From Malacoraja senta (taxonomy: Eukaryota): a stretch of DNA of 64,000 bases. The DNA lies in the NCBI GenBank assembly GCA_038087875.1, contig JAXLNO010000062.1:186001-250000 (forward strand), given 5' to 3'. Each line of letters starts with the position of its first letter. The stretch's first letter is position 1. The notes below the pieces were generated by a model. That model ran no database searches. It was not told the DNA's origin and saw only the letters and a list, made by a program, of their open reading frames with translations. The translations under genes were made by a program, and so were the position numbers. This document shows, piece by piece, positions 37,464-49,453 of the stretch.

Positions 37464-38715
37464 GCAAACTCCCCTCCCCCCCATTGACGAACTGTACACT
37501 GCAAGGGCCAGGAAGCAAGTGGGTAAGATCATCTCTGACCCCTCTCACCCTGGCCACAAACTCTTTGAAGCATTCCCTCTGGAAGGCGACTCCGGACTGT
37601 CAAAGCCGCCACAGCCAGACATGAAAATAGCTTTAAGAAAAAACAACAAATTAAAATATTTTTCTTGGGTGTAATCTGGGCTCTTGCAATTGCCAAGATC
37701 ACCGCCTGAACCTCTGCATATTGTGCAGAATGATGTCCCAGACCTATTTGTAGGGTCTTTACACTTTTGAAAACTGTGGGGGATAAGAATCTTCCTATTA
37801 TCACCCCGGCTCCAGCACAAGATTTAATGCCTTCTCCTTTAATTCTACATGATGGAGATGAGCCATCACAGTAAATGACTACTTCTAATTGTTCGAGAGA
37901 AAGTGTCTGTGGTATGTCTAACTGTATAGTTTCAAAAGTATTATCAGCTGCTGGTGGCAAATAGAGATTGTCAATCAAATCGTAATTATATTTCCATTCT
38001 AAGGTTTCATCTAAGAGGAGGTCTGTCCATTGGTAGCATGTCTGTGTTGTACAGACATACTGATTGTACTTCGCAGGTCGGGGATATTAGTGTGCATTTT
38101 GATTTTATGATCTCCAGAAAGGTCAGACCTTTTGTTATGCCTGCATTGCTAATGCAAAAACGTTTTCTTTTAACATAAATTTTTGTTTGACTGTAGAGAA
38201 ATTATAGGAGTAGAAACCTACTGGCTCTTTATCTCCTTTGTTGGAAAAGGGCGCTACCCCGATCTGTTGTCCCACTAATAATTGGACAATTAATGGAACT
38301 GACACATCCCTCTGTTATAGGTCTATTGCTGTCTGTACTGCAGCTGCCAATTTCTTCCAGGCCTCATAGTCGTGGGCCATGAAATGGAAATTTTCTGTTC
38401 GACTACCATCCCCAATTATTTTGTATAACGGCTGGGAAAGTTCTGCAAAGGACGGGACAAAGATCCTTCCAAAATTTAACAGGCCTAAGGCAGCGTGTAA
38501 GTTTTTTGAGTACTAATATAGGATATATAGGGTGTCCTATATTAGTGATTTTTTCCTGAAACTCTTCTGTTAGTCCTCTACTGTCGCTAGTCATTTTGAG
38601 TCCTAGAATGGTCACTTTGGACCTTATAAAGACTGATTTTTAATATTAATATTATATCCATAGTCTATTAGTCTAGAAAATACTGTGTCTCTCATATGTA
38701 GGAGTTTGTCTAGAC
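36740..38715 (-). mobile_element. pol: Endogenous foamy-virus-like pol (RT thumb, tether, RNase H, integrase N-terminus), defective
   Basis: GYNINI..KS..VTILG..RGLTEEF, LGLLNFGRIFVPSFAELSQPLY, PVGFYSYNFS...KF, IYCDGS...GAG...LGHHSAQYAEVQAV, then the RNase H and integrase motifs seen in copy 1. Confidence 0.85.
37306..37645 (+). mobile_element. Rex1/Babar-type LINE fragment inserted in the viral RNase H (its 5' part ends each tandem unit)
   Basis: LPQAMMVQFY.AIVES.LTFSIMVWFGS...IVRSAEKVVG. Confidence 0.75.
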
Positions 38716-39290
38716 CAGTGATTCCCAAAGTTTTGATACCCGTGTACCCCTTCATAAAGTTTCATCTTGTACCCCTCGTTAAAAACAATTGTATTTCATT
38801 CCAAAAGTTGTTAAAAATTGCATACTTTTTTATTTTGGATCAAGGTATGCATGTAAACAAAGGTTTTCTATAATATAATGTATAATTACTAGAATAAAAT
38901 TAATAAGGTATCCATTAAATAAATCTTTAATTAAAATAATTCATCATCAATGTGAAGGATGAAATTGCATATGTTGGGAAAAAATGTAGGCAAAATTTGG
39001 CTCTGTACTTGTTAATTTGAACCTCAGTTGCGGTTTGACATCTAATATGTGGTTCCTCTTCTTTGAATTAACGTCCACAAGAGCAGAAAATCCAACTTCA
39101 CACAGGTATGAGCTTGGAAATGGAAAAATTAACTTTAGGGCTTTATCTGACAATTCTGGAAATTCATTTTGTGTTTGTAACTAAAATGAAGATAATGTGT
39201 TCTCTTTATATTCGTTTTTTAAGAATCCATCAGAAGCTAATTCCAAAAGTTGTTCTGCTTCTGTTTGTGACAGACCTTTTGGCACTGATT
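38716..39290 (-). mobile_element. hAT (Buster/Charlie type) transposon 3' end
   Basis: Terminus CAGTGATTCCCAAA preceded by the target GTCTAGAC. ORF 38947-39153 gives KALKLIFPFPSSYLCEVGFSAL...KKRN..L...HPSH (dimerisation domain). Confidence 0.85.
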
Positions 39291-39499
39291 GATTGATGTT
39301 GAATGGGCATCTTATCCACTCAATATCTATAGGGCGATTGCACGGTAGATCAGAAGGTCAATGTGTGTGACCCACGGAGTCGCTCAAGCGTACTGGAGGA
39401 CAAGCAAGCCTCCGGCATACACTCGTCACTCACGCAACACGTACTACCGCTATTCAAAATTTCATTCGACGTTCTTACCTGGAAAATATCAACAAAATA

Positions 39500-39720
39500 A
39501 AGATGTGAACCAAGTTGTTTGGTGAAAGCTACAGTGTTTAAGGTGGACACTTAAAGGCGAACTGTATCTGCATTAGCATCTACGAGGTCATAGTTAGACT
39601 CGGGGAGACAGTGTTGTGAACTGACCAGGAACTTGGGAACAGTGAACCAGTTGGTGTCCATCAAATGACATGCAGAAACAGATCGTGTAGCATGATCTGC
39701 TGGATTCTGTTCCATGGACA
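39500..39720 (-). mobile_element. BEL/Pao LTR retrotransposon pol fragment
   Basis: Minus strand EQNPADHATRSVSACHLMDTNWFTVPKFL...STLNTV...QLGSH; NPAD.ATR is typical of BEL/Pao. Confidence 0.65.
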
Positions 39721-40507
39721 CATAGTAGCGATGTTACAATACTTGCCTTCAGCGGCACTGCAGTTCTGCCACTGGCCGTGTGCGCGACTTTGGCGCCTTT
39801 GAGGGGGTGGGGGCGGGATTAAAATGCCGTTTTGTACTGCCTGTCTGAGGTGGACTTCCTCGGGCTGCTAGCTGCTGATGAAAAATCGATCGGAATTTCG
39901 TTCACGCTATACTTTAAAAAAAATTAGCTGGACAATTTAATATTTGGATCAAAATAAAAGGCGACTTCGAACGCCCTCAACGCCTACAACGTGACGGATC
40001 GCAAGAACGGGAAAAAACAAAGGGTAAGTCATATATTTTACATATAATCTTGCTTCTTGAGATGGCTTTAATCTAATTTTACGTTGCGAACATTTTATTT
40101 GGGCCCCATACGAACCGGCAGTGGTTTTCCTGCCGATATGGCGTTCAAATTCAACGCAAATGCAACGTTCCAATCGATCGCGTTCCAGAAGCAAGATGAT
40201 TAAAATGACCATTTTTTTGGGACAATCATGTCATAAGCCGTCCAAATTGTCTATATTTGGTGTTATTCTCTCTCCATGATCATTATTTTAAAATTAAATA
40301 TTCACATCATAATCGTTTGAGTCACGTGTATTTTGCAAAAAACAATAAATTTGATTATATTTTGAGGGGATGTTTCTGATTAATTTATGGGAATTAAACA
40401 TTAAATTCCTTCCATCTGGCATATAAATTCATGACAGTGAAATTTAAAAATCATGTTATATTGTGAATTCCTGTGTGAATGGGATTAGTTTGTTATTTGG
40501 ATACTAA

Positions 40508-41054
40508 AGGCCTGTCCCACCAGCATGCGATAGCATGCGCCTAGCGCGACCGAACGTGGTCGCTTGACGCGTACGGCCTCGCGGGGCCAGTCCCACTTCG
40601 ATCGCCGTAGGCGTATGGAGTTGTGCGGGGCTGGTCCCGACATCGCGCGGGGCTCCAAAAATCTTGCACTGTCCGAAAAACCCGCGCGACAACGGCCTGT
40701 CGGCCCGCAGCTGCATTGAGGCCGTACGCAGCGCCTCAACGGGCGTACGCAGCGCTTTGACGTCGTATGCAGCGTCTTGATGGCGTACACCTAGCGCATG
40801 GCATTGCGCGATGGCGTCACCGTCCGGCATGCCGTTGCATAATGACGTCACCGCCCGACGCCGTATGACGTCCAAACTCAGTCGGCCCGCCTCTTGCCCA
40901 GCTGATTGGTGATTATGATGTCGGGACCAGCCCCGCACAACTCCAGACGTCTCCGCGGTTGGAAGTGGGACCGGCCCCGCGAGGCCGTACGCCTCAATCC
41001 ACCACGTTTAGTCGCGCTAGACGCATGCAATCGCATGCTGGTGGGACAGGCCCT
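40508..41054. mobile_element. PIF/Harbinger-type MITE
   Basis: ~135-bp imperfect inverted arms starting (A)GGCCTGTCCCACCAGCATGCGAT; TAA on both sides (40505-40507 and 41055-41057). Confidence 0.8.
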
Positions 41055-41109
41055 TAAGGCTTTTTTTAAAAATCCTTTTCTTAAGAAATGGAATCTACAG
41101 GACATTCTT

Positions 41110-41560
41110 AATGGGAAAGTAGTGGGCAGAAAATTCTTTGCTGTGTATGGACTGGGCGTTGAGATGAGGTAGGCCATGATGTCCATGGAATTAAGTTCTG
41201 GCAGTTGGGAGATGTCATGGGATCTCTCGGCTTCAGGCACTAAATAATGATCAATACCATTTAAGGAGACTTTTTGGACATATTGTTCGTACTCCTCAGC
41301 TGCGAGATTTGAGGCATACTGCGACAATTGAACGGATATGGGGGGCAGAGGACGGGCTCGCTACACTGGAAGCTATGGTGAATGCTTACCTGCAGTTCAC
41401 CGCGTGTACTCCAGTTGGCGTTGCATAGCAACAGTACGGGTCATGGGTCGTGACCTCGACAGCCGTGCAACCTACCCATAGTCTGGGTTGGGTCTGAACT
41501 GGGATGTCTGGAACCGGAGCTGGAATCCACGAGATAAAAGATGGATGCGCAGGCAAGTCT
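41110..41560 (-). mobile_element. Diverged fourth copy of the 5' part of the SWIM-gene element
   Basis: Aligns with 14064-14490; reads AAEEYEQYVQKVSLNGID and lacks the TAA found in the tandem copies. Confidence 0.85.
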
Positions 41561-41629
41561 CGATGGTCAGCGTGGACTCGGTGGGCCGAAGGGCCTGTTT
41601 CCACGCTGTATCTCCAAACTAAACAGACA

Positions 41630-41915
41630 TAGTAATACAGCAGGTAGAGCTGCTGCATCACAGCGCCAGAAACCCAGGTTCGATCCTGACCTTGGGTGCT
41701 GTATGTGTGGAGTTTGCATGTTCTCCCTGTGACCATGTGGGTTTCCTCGAAAGACATGTAGGTTTGTAGGTTAATTGGCTGTAAATTGCCCCTCGCGTGT
41801 GGGGAGTGGATGAGAAAGTAAAATAACATAGAATTAGTGTGAATGGGTGATCGATGGTTGGCGTGGACTCGGTGGGCCGAAGGGCCTGTTTCCATGCTGT
41901 ATCTTTCAATCAATC
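41630..41915 (+). mobile_element. HE1/V-SINE-type SINE
   Basis: Box B ggttcgatcc and the CR1-like tail. Confidence 0.8.
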
Positions 41916-43014
41916 ATTTGTTCACCAGACTGCAGGCTGCAATGCACTACGTTTAAAATGAGTACTTCACAAATTTCTTGTCACGAGATCTCTTTTAATG
42001 AAAGTGGATTTAATTCTGGGTAATTACATATTAATATAAAATAACTTCATGGCTGGTTGAAGCACGTCATAAAGAGAGAATTGCTCCCAGCTAAAGATCA
42101 ACGGTCACAGACACTTGGCACCTGTTGATAAACTAAACGCAGACATTTATAACAGGTCACATTAGACAAGAATAGACAATCATTTTTATTCAGTGTATGA
42201 GAACCAAGAACACAAGGGCACGGGTTGAAGGCGAAGGGTGAAAGATTTAATGGGAACCTGGGGGGCAACCTTTTCACACAAAGGGTAATGGGTATATGAA
42301 CCAGCTGCCAGCGAAGGTAGTTGAGGCAGGTATTATAACAACATTTAAAAGACACTTGGACAGGTTCATGGATAGGAAATGTTTAGAGGGATATGGGCCA
42401 AATGCGATTATTGTGGATGGGTATCTTGGTTAGCATGGACGGGTTGGGCCGAAGAGTCTGTTTCCGTACTGTGTGATTCCATGACTCTTCGATGCCCTTG
42501 CGATTCAAGATGTCCAGATGCTCTTGTGTGTGGACAATGACCTCCACCATTCCCTCAGGCAGAGCATTCCAGATTCCAGCCCCTATCTGGAGAAAATCCC
42601 CCCCCAAATCTTTCTAAGCCTTCCACCTTGATTCATTATATCGTCTGAAAAAGGGTCGCAACCCAATATGTCACCTATCCATGTCATCCAGTGATGCCAC
42701 CTGACACACTGAATTACTGCATCATTTTAGACAATAGGTGCAGGAGTAGGCCCATTTGGCCCTTTGAGCCAGCACCACCCTTCAATTTGTGTCTTTCTTT
42801 GATAAACCAGTATCTACAGTTCCTCATTCCAGCATGGAAACAGGCCCTTCGGCCCAATGAGTCAATGCTGACCATCGATCGTGTTCACACTAGTTCCTTG
42901 TCTTTATACATTGATACTATCCCCCTTTTTGTAAACACGCCACCATGGGAAAAAGCTTCTCACTAACCATCCAAAATACACCTTCTCATAATTTTGTATA
43001 TCTCGCCCATCACT

Positions 43015-43290
43015 GGGCAGCACCGTGGCGCAGCGGTAGTGTTGCTGCATCACAACACCAGACCCAGGTTCAACTCCGACTATGGGTGCTGTCTTTACGG
43101 AGTTTGCACGTTCTTCCTCTGACCGCATGGGTTTCCTTCCACATTCCAAAGACGTGCAGGTTTGTAGGTTAATTGGCATCGGTAAAATTGTCCCTAGTGT
43201 GTAGGGTAGTGCAAGTGCATTGGGATCACTGGTCAGTGTGGACTCCGTGGACCGAAGGGCCTGTTTCTGTGCTGTATCTATAACAAAACA
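43015..43290 (+). mobile_element. HE1/V-SINE-type SINE
   Basis: Box A tggcgcagcgg, box B-like ggttcaactcc, shared tail. Confidence 0.8.
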
Positions 43291-44410
43291 CCGTCTCCTG
43301 TATAACCAAGTCTCCAGTCTAGCCAAGCTCTATGTGTAAAAAAACAAACAGCTGATAAACCCAGCGGGCCAGGCAGCATCTGTGGAGGGAATGGACAGTT
43401 CCTCTCCTCTCTGTCCCTGAGGCTGGGTCAGAGTGCAATGCAAATTGGGTTCTGGAAACTGTCACATAACATCACACGTATTATGCAGACAGGACACACG
43501 AAGCAGTAAATGCCGGAACCCGGAGAGACAACATGCTGGATCAACTCTGAGGGTCGGGCAGCATCTGTAGAGGCAAATTGACAGGCGACGTTTCAGGGCG
43601 GAACTCTTCTTTGGAGCGATGGAGTAGAGCGGAGAAATATGGTAGAGAGAGATATGAGGGGAAGGGGTGGGGCAGGAGTTGGCAAGTGATAGGTGGAAAC
43701 AGTGAAACTGTAGATGCTGGTATACAAAAAAAGGACACAAAGGAGTAACTCAGTGGCAGGCAAGGTAGGCACTGCCTAGCCTGACTAAAATTATAAAATG
43801 TAATTATTAAATCTAAATAGTAAAGGCATGGGAGAATTATGCCTATCTAAGCGATCGATCTCTTCGGTAGGCATAATTCTCCGTGCCTTTCATCCGCAGC
43901 GCTTGCAACACACGAAGGTCTGTGCAACCCACGTGCCGTCAGCGCTGCTTCAAGCCGTCAATGACAAGCGGGGCTGAAGGCAGCTGAAATTCTGCCTTTG
44001 CAATTCTGTGCAGGTGCAGCAGCCTACTGCACATACGCAGCGCTAGTTTCTTGGCGGGTTTTTCAAATATGGATTGTCATTATCTTAAGTGTATCTTAGG
44101 AAACAAAGAGATAATAATGGAGTTTGTGTACCAATAATGTGGTCGGTAAATCTCTTGATGCTATATGTTTTTAAATACCGTATTTCATGGGGGGGGGTAG
44201 AGGAAGAGCTCCTTTCACAGTGTTTGGGGAATCTGGGTAAATTTGTGGGGAGGGTAGGAGCATTGTGAAAGAGGGGGTCGGGGATTATGCCTGTAACCAA
44301 CTTGCGACGCTCCAGGCACGAAGCCACCGCAATTAGCTCGGGTGGCTGCGACCGGCCGCTGCGACGGACAGCCCCTTCTGCCGGCCCCCGCTCACCTCTG
44401 GCTGTGCTCT

Positions 44411-45009
44411 CCAAAGATACTAGAGCAGAGCAAGATGCGCCACTCTGCGAAAAAAGCGTAGTATGACATGGGTGAGTGTTGACGCCATTTTACCGGACTG
44501 CAATTTTCAATAATAATAATAATATTCACAATAATATTAACTAAATATGTGAAGTGATAGATGCTATATAAAACACTGTTCCCTACAATACGGATTACAC
44601 CAAAGATGATAGAGCGGATCAATCTTTGGAACGGATTACACCAAAGATACGAGAGGAGCATTGCCCGCTGCTTCGGGAGCGCCGACGCTTGAGGCTCTCC
44701 CGCCAGACAGAGAGCCTGGTGCCGGCTGCATTCATCTGGTATCGGGGGGACCGAGAATCAGTCCTGGATCAACTCAGGAGTGGAGGAAATGTCCTCTTCC
44801 CCCAAAGATACTATAGGAGCCTCCAGTATCTTTGCTCTTCCCTGCGACCTGATGTAAGCGCAGATTGTATAACTGTGGAGTCCGTCCCCGCTACCAAAGA
44901 TGTCGCGTTTTGCATTAAAAAATGGCGGCCGTGACGTTCCGTTACGTACTACACGTCACTCCATTGGATTTCGGAGGAGTGGTCTATCTTGCTCCTCTAG
45001 TATCTTTGG
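44411..45009. mobile_element. Unclassified TIR element (MITE-like)
   Basis: TIRs CCAAAGATACTAGAGcagAGCAAGAT and ATCTTGCTcCTCTAGTATCTTTGG; internal reiterations of ccaaagat; flanks tgctct and tgctgt. Confidence 0.7.
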
Positions 45010-45649
45010 TGCTGTCCGTCTGAAAACCTCTCTCCTCACAATTATTCCACTCTTTCAAATCTCTAAGGCAATTGGAAAACATTTATATAGATCAGGCATA
45101 GAATTTACATTAAATGATTCAATAACTATTTATAATTTGGAACACAAATCTTGCACATTTGAACAGGAGCAGTGACTATCTTTAAAAAAAAAAACATGGG
45201 ATCATACATCACATTACTGCCATAAATATATTGCGTAACTTCATGATTATATATATTCTTTATCAACTATTATTTGTGCAACAAAATCTGAAGCTCTAAA
45301 CATCACATTTGGAAGGTTCTCCCTCAACTTGACAATGTTTGAGAATGATGGCAGCTTTTGTCAGTTAGCAGACCAAGGAATGTCTCAGGTGCCTCACAAT
45401 GGCTGGAGAATTACACATTAAACCCCAACTCAAGTGTAGAACCCACCCAAAGATGCCAGCTTCATAATGGAGGTGAAGAGTTACACAAATCAGTAGCAAT
45501 TAACCTCCCTCACCGACCGCTGCTTTATAATGCAGCCCGTTAGTAAAATGGGTCATCTGCCATCAACTTGTCAGCACCATCTTGGAACATGGATCCTCGT
45601 GAGCCCTTCACCCCACTGACTCCACACCAACCATCAGCCATCCAATTTT

Positions 45650-48600
45650 ACCATAATAAATAATATCTTTTATTGTCATTGCACATATGTGAAACGAGAT
45701 GTGGTATGCAGCTTCCATCCGATGTCATAACTTAAACAACTAATAACATTTAGATTTAGATACCCCGAGAAACATGATTTATAAAAAGAACAGTAAAACA
45801 GTCAAAACAGTCTAAAGTGCAAATGTGTCTGTGCCGGGTCGATGTGCGACGTGACCATCCGAGGGAGACAGTTCATGGGGGTGGGGGGCACTCAGCAGGG
45901 CCGGTTCAGAGCAGCTATATCTCTGGGGATGAAGCTGTTCCTGAGTCTGGAGGTGCGGGCGTAGAAGGCCTTGTAACGTCTGCCTGAAGGTAGGAGTTCG
46001 AACAGTCCATTACAAGGGTGTGAGGAGTCTTTGTGGATGCTGACGGCCTTCCTGAGGCACCGTGTGTAGTAGATGCCCTCCAAGGCTGGTAGCTGTGTCC
46101 CAATAATCTTCTGCACTCTGTGGACGACGTGCTGAAGAGATCTCCTCTCCGCCTCCGTGCAGCTGAGATACCACACACAGATGCCATATGTTAGTATGCT
46201 CTCTGTTGTTCAGCGGTAGAACGTTGTCAGCAGCTGTTGGGGCAGACCAGTCTTTTTCAATATTCTCAGGAAGAACAGTCGTTGCTGTGCCTTCTTGACC
46301 AGCGCAGCGGTGTTGGTGGACCATGTGAGGTCCTCTGAGATGTGTGTGCCCAGAAACTTAAAGCTGGACACTCTCTCCACACTGTCCCCGTAGATGGAGA
46401 TTGTGGCGTATTCCCCATTATGTGTCCTCCTGAAGTCGATAATCAGCTCCTTGGTCTTGGAAGAGTTTAGGGACAAGTTGTTATCTGAGCACCAGTCCGC
46501 CAGGTTCTGGAACTCCGCTCTGTAGTTTGGTGATCAGCCTGATCACCGTTGTGTCGTCTGCAAACTTGACGATGATGTTGGTGTCGAATGCACAGTCGTG
46601 TGTGAAGAGGGAGTAGAGCATGGGGCTTAGTACACAGCCCTGTGGTGTGCCGGTGCTCAGGGTGATAGTGGAGGACAGGTGCGGGTCCAGTCTCACTGCC
46701 TGCGGTCGCTCCGTCAGAAAATTCAGGATCCAGTCGCATATCGGCGAGCTGAGGCTTAGCTGGTGGAGTTTGGTGGTGAGCTTGGTGGGGATGACCGTGT
46801 TGAAGGCAGAGCTATAGTCTATGAAGAGCATCCTCACATACGTGCCAGATCTTTCCAGGTGAGTCAGGACAGTGTGAAGAGCCAGAGAGATGGCATCCTC
46901 TGTGGAACTATTTGCCCTGTATGCAAATTGATGAGAGTCCAGTGAGGCAGCGATGCTGGATTTGATGTGAGAGAGGACCAGCCTTTCAAAGCACTTCATG
47001 GGTATTGGAGTTAGGGCAACTGGGCGGTAGTCATTTAGGTTGGTGACTTTTGACTTTTACGGCACCGGCACTATGGTAGCTGTCTTCAGGCACTTGGGGA
47101 CCGTTGGCAGAGATAGAAACAGGTTAAAGATCCTCGTGAATACCTCAGCCAGCTGTACAGCATAGTCCTTTAGTACCCTCCCTTGGACTCCATCTGGGTC
47201 TGCAGCCTTGCGTGGATTGATCCTACGCAGAGCGCACTGTACCTCCTGAGTGCTCAGTGTTAAGACCTGTCCCTCCGCCATGGCCGGGGTTATTCCACGC
47301 CTGGTGGTGTTGCCAGTTTCGAAGCGGGCAAAGAAGGTGTTTAACTCGTTGGCCAGTGTGATATCACTGTGGGGGCAGGCGGGGCTGCTCTTGTAGTCAG
47401 TGTTGTCCCTGACACCCTGCCACATGCTTCTGGTGTCCGCAGTATTGAAGTGGTCTTCCACCCTTTGCCTGTGGATGTCTTTGGCCTTTTTTATGCCTTT
47501 GTTCAGGTTTGACCTGGCAGCACTGTAAGCAGAAGTGTCCCTGGATTTAAAGGCATTGTTGCGTGCCCTTAGCAGATTCTGAACCTCCTTGTTCATCCAC
47601 GGTTTCCGGTTTGGGAACATCTTTATTTTCTTGTCCACTGTGACAGACTCCACACAGCAGTTGATGTAGGAGAGCACAGTGGATGTGTACTCCTCCAAGT
47701 CTACATCTGTACCACTGGTAGCCTGTTGTGCAAACAGGTCCCAGTCGGTGCGATCAAAGCAGTCCTGGAGTTGTAGGGTGGCATCCTCGGGCCATATTTT
47801 GACCGTCTTTATTGCAGGTTTGGTCTTGCTGATGAGGGGTTTGTATGCAGGCAGTAGAAACAGTGAGAGGTGATCGGATTGTCCAAGGGATGGGCGGGGG
47901 AGAGCTCTGTATGCGTCCTTGATGTTGGTGTACACTTTATCCAGCGTATTTGAGCCCCTGGTAGAGCACTGCACATGCTGGTGGAATTTGCGGAGTGCAG
48001 CTCGTAGGTCGACCTGATTAAAGTCCCCTGCAACAATGAAGGCACCGTCGGGGTGAGCATCCTGCTGCTTACTGATGGCCGAGTGCAGCTGTGCTAGCGC
48101 TAGGTTAGCATTAGCCTGTGGTGGAATGTATACGGCCATGATGATAACCACAGTAAACTCCCGAGGCAGATAAAACAGCCTACATTTAAGCAGTAGGTAT
48201 TGCAGATCTGGGGAACAGTAGCTCTCTACTGCAGTGTGGTTGATGCACCAGTCATTGTTGATATAGATGCAGAGCCAGCCACCCTTGAACGATGCAGTGA
48301 CCGGTTCGTTCTCTCTGGAACCAGCGCGCTGAGCCAGGTCTCTGTGAAGATCAGCACACAGCAGTCTTTCAGGGATCGCTGGGTGTTGATCCAGTGCCTT
48401 ACCTCATCCAGCTTGTTGGTGAGTGACCGGACATTTGCTGGAAAGGCTCTTGGTAGGGATGGTCTTTGTGGAGCCCTCCGTAGCCTGTCCTGCACCCCCG
48501 CTCGCCTTCCACGTTTCTGCTTTCTCTCCCGGCGCTTGCTCCATCTCCTACCCTCCGGAGTGGTGATCCAGGGGGATGTTCTGCCTAGCTCCATCGGGAT

Positions 48601-48897
48601 TTTGGTGAGGGTACTGTAGTACTCACAAGCCAGTTTCTCGCAGCCATGTCCGATGATGAGCAGTTCCGTTCGGCTCCATGTGCGACCTGTCGGGATTACG
48701 GTGCGGGTGCTGGATTTCCCCGTCCTGGTGGTGAGTCCCTTACTGAGTTTTCTGGGGGTACTGGGATTTCTAGGGTTTCTCGGGGTTCTGAGGTATTTAA
48801 GTACATTCTTTCCACAGCCGCGTTCGGTAATGGGCTGCTCCGAATTGACTCGGACTGGGGAGCGCAAAGATGCTGCGTGTGAAACTGCCGCCATCTT
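45650..48897 (-). mobile_element. Near-full-length Rex1/Babar LINE, frameshifted
   Basis: 5' AAGATGGCG; endonuclease motifs (FTETWL, VAGDFN, SDH); RT motifs ([28 protein letters not shown]); C-terminal LLPSGRRY. Confidence 0.92.
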
Positions 48898-49453
48898 CTG
48901 TGGCCTTTGCTAACCCTCCCACGTTCCCATCAACTCCTCCCATGCTCTACCTCTCACCTGCATACTAGGCACAGCATATAGTAGCCAATTAGCCCACCAA
49001 TTCATGTAGTTTTCATTTGGATGTAGCAGGAAAGTCATAGTACCCAGAGAAAAACTGAGAAGTAAATGGGAGATATTTGCACAGTGAAGTGAAGGACGCT
49101 AGTTGATGACCATTTTTGGTGCGTGGAGTATGCAATCAGATTCAGGGCACACGAGTGGAACATAGGAAGATGGTTTTCACCTTGGTTGAGCAGACAGGAA
49201 GGAACACAGTCACCTTGACCCCAGTAACCCCGTGCACGCCCCAGGGAACGTTAGACAGCAGTTATACGCCTCTGCCACAATTAACATCCCAGTGCTGCTA
49301 GTGTTGCAAATGATGTCCAAAGTGCTTCTGTAACCCTGCATCAGGTGGACCTGTGGATCTTCTGAAGATGTCCCATGGCCATGACCCGTGGTTGACACAC
49401 AAGGTGGGAGACTTGCGACGGAGCCAGTAGAAGCCCGCTGGCGGATTGCCCCA

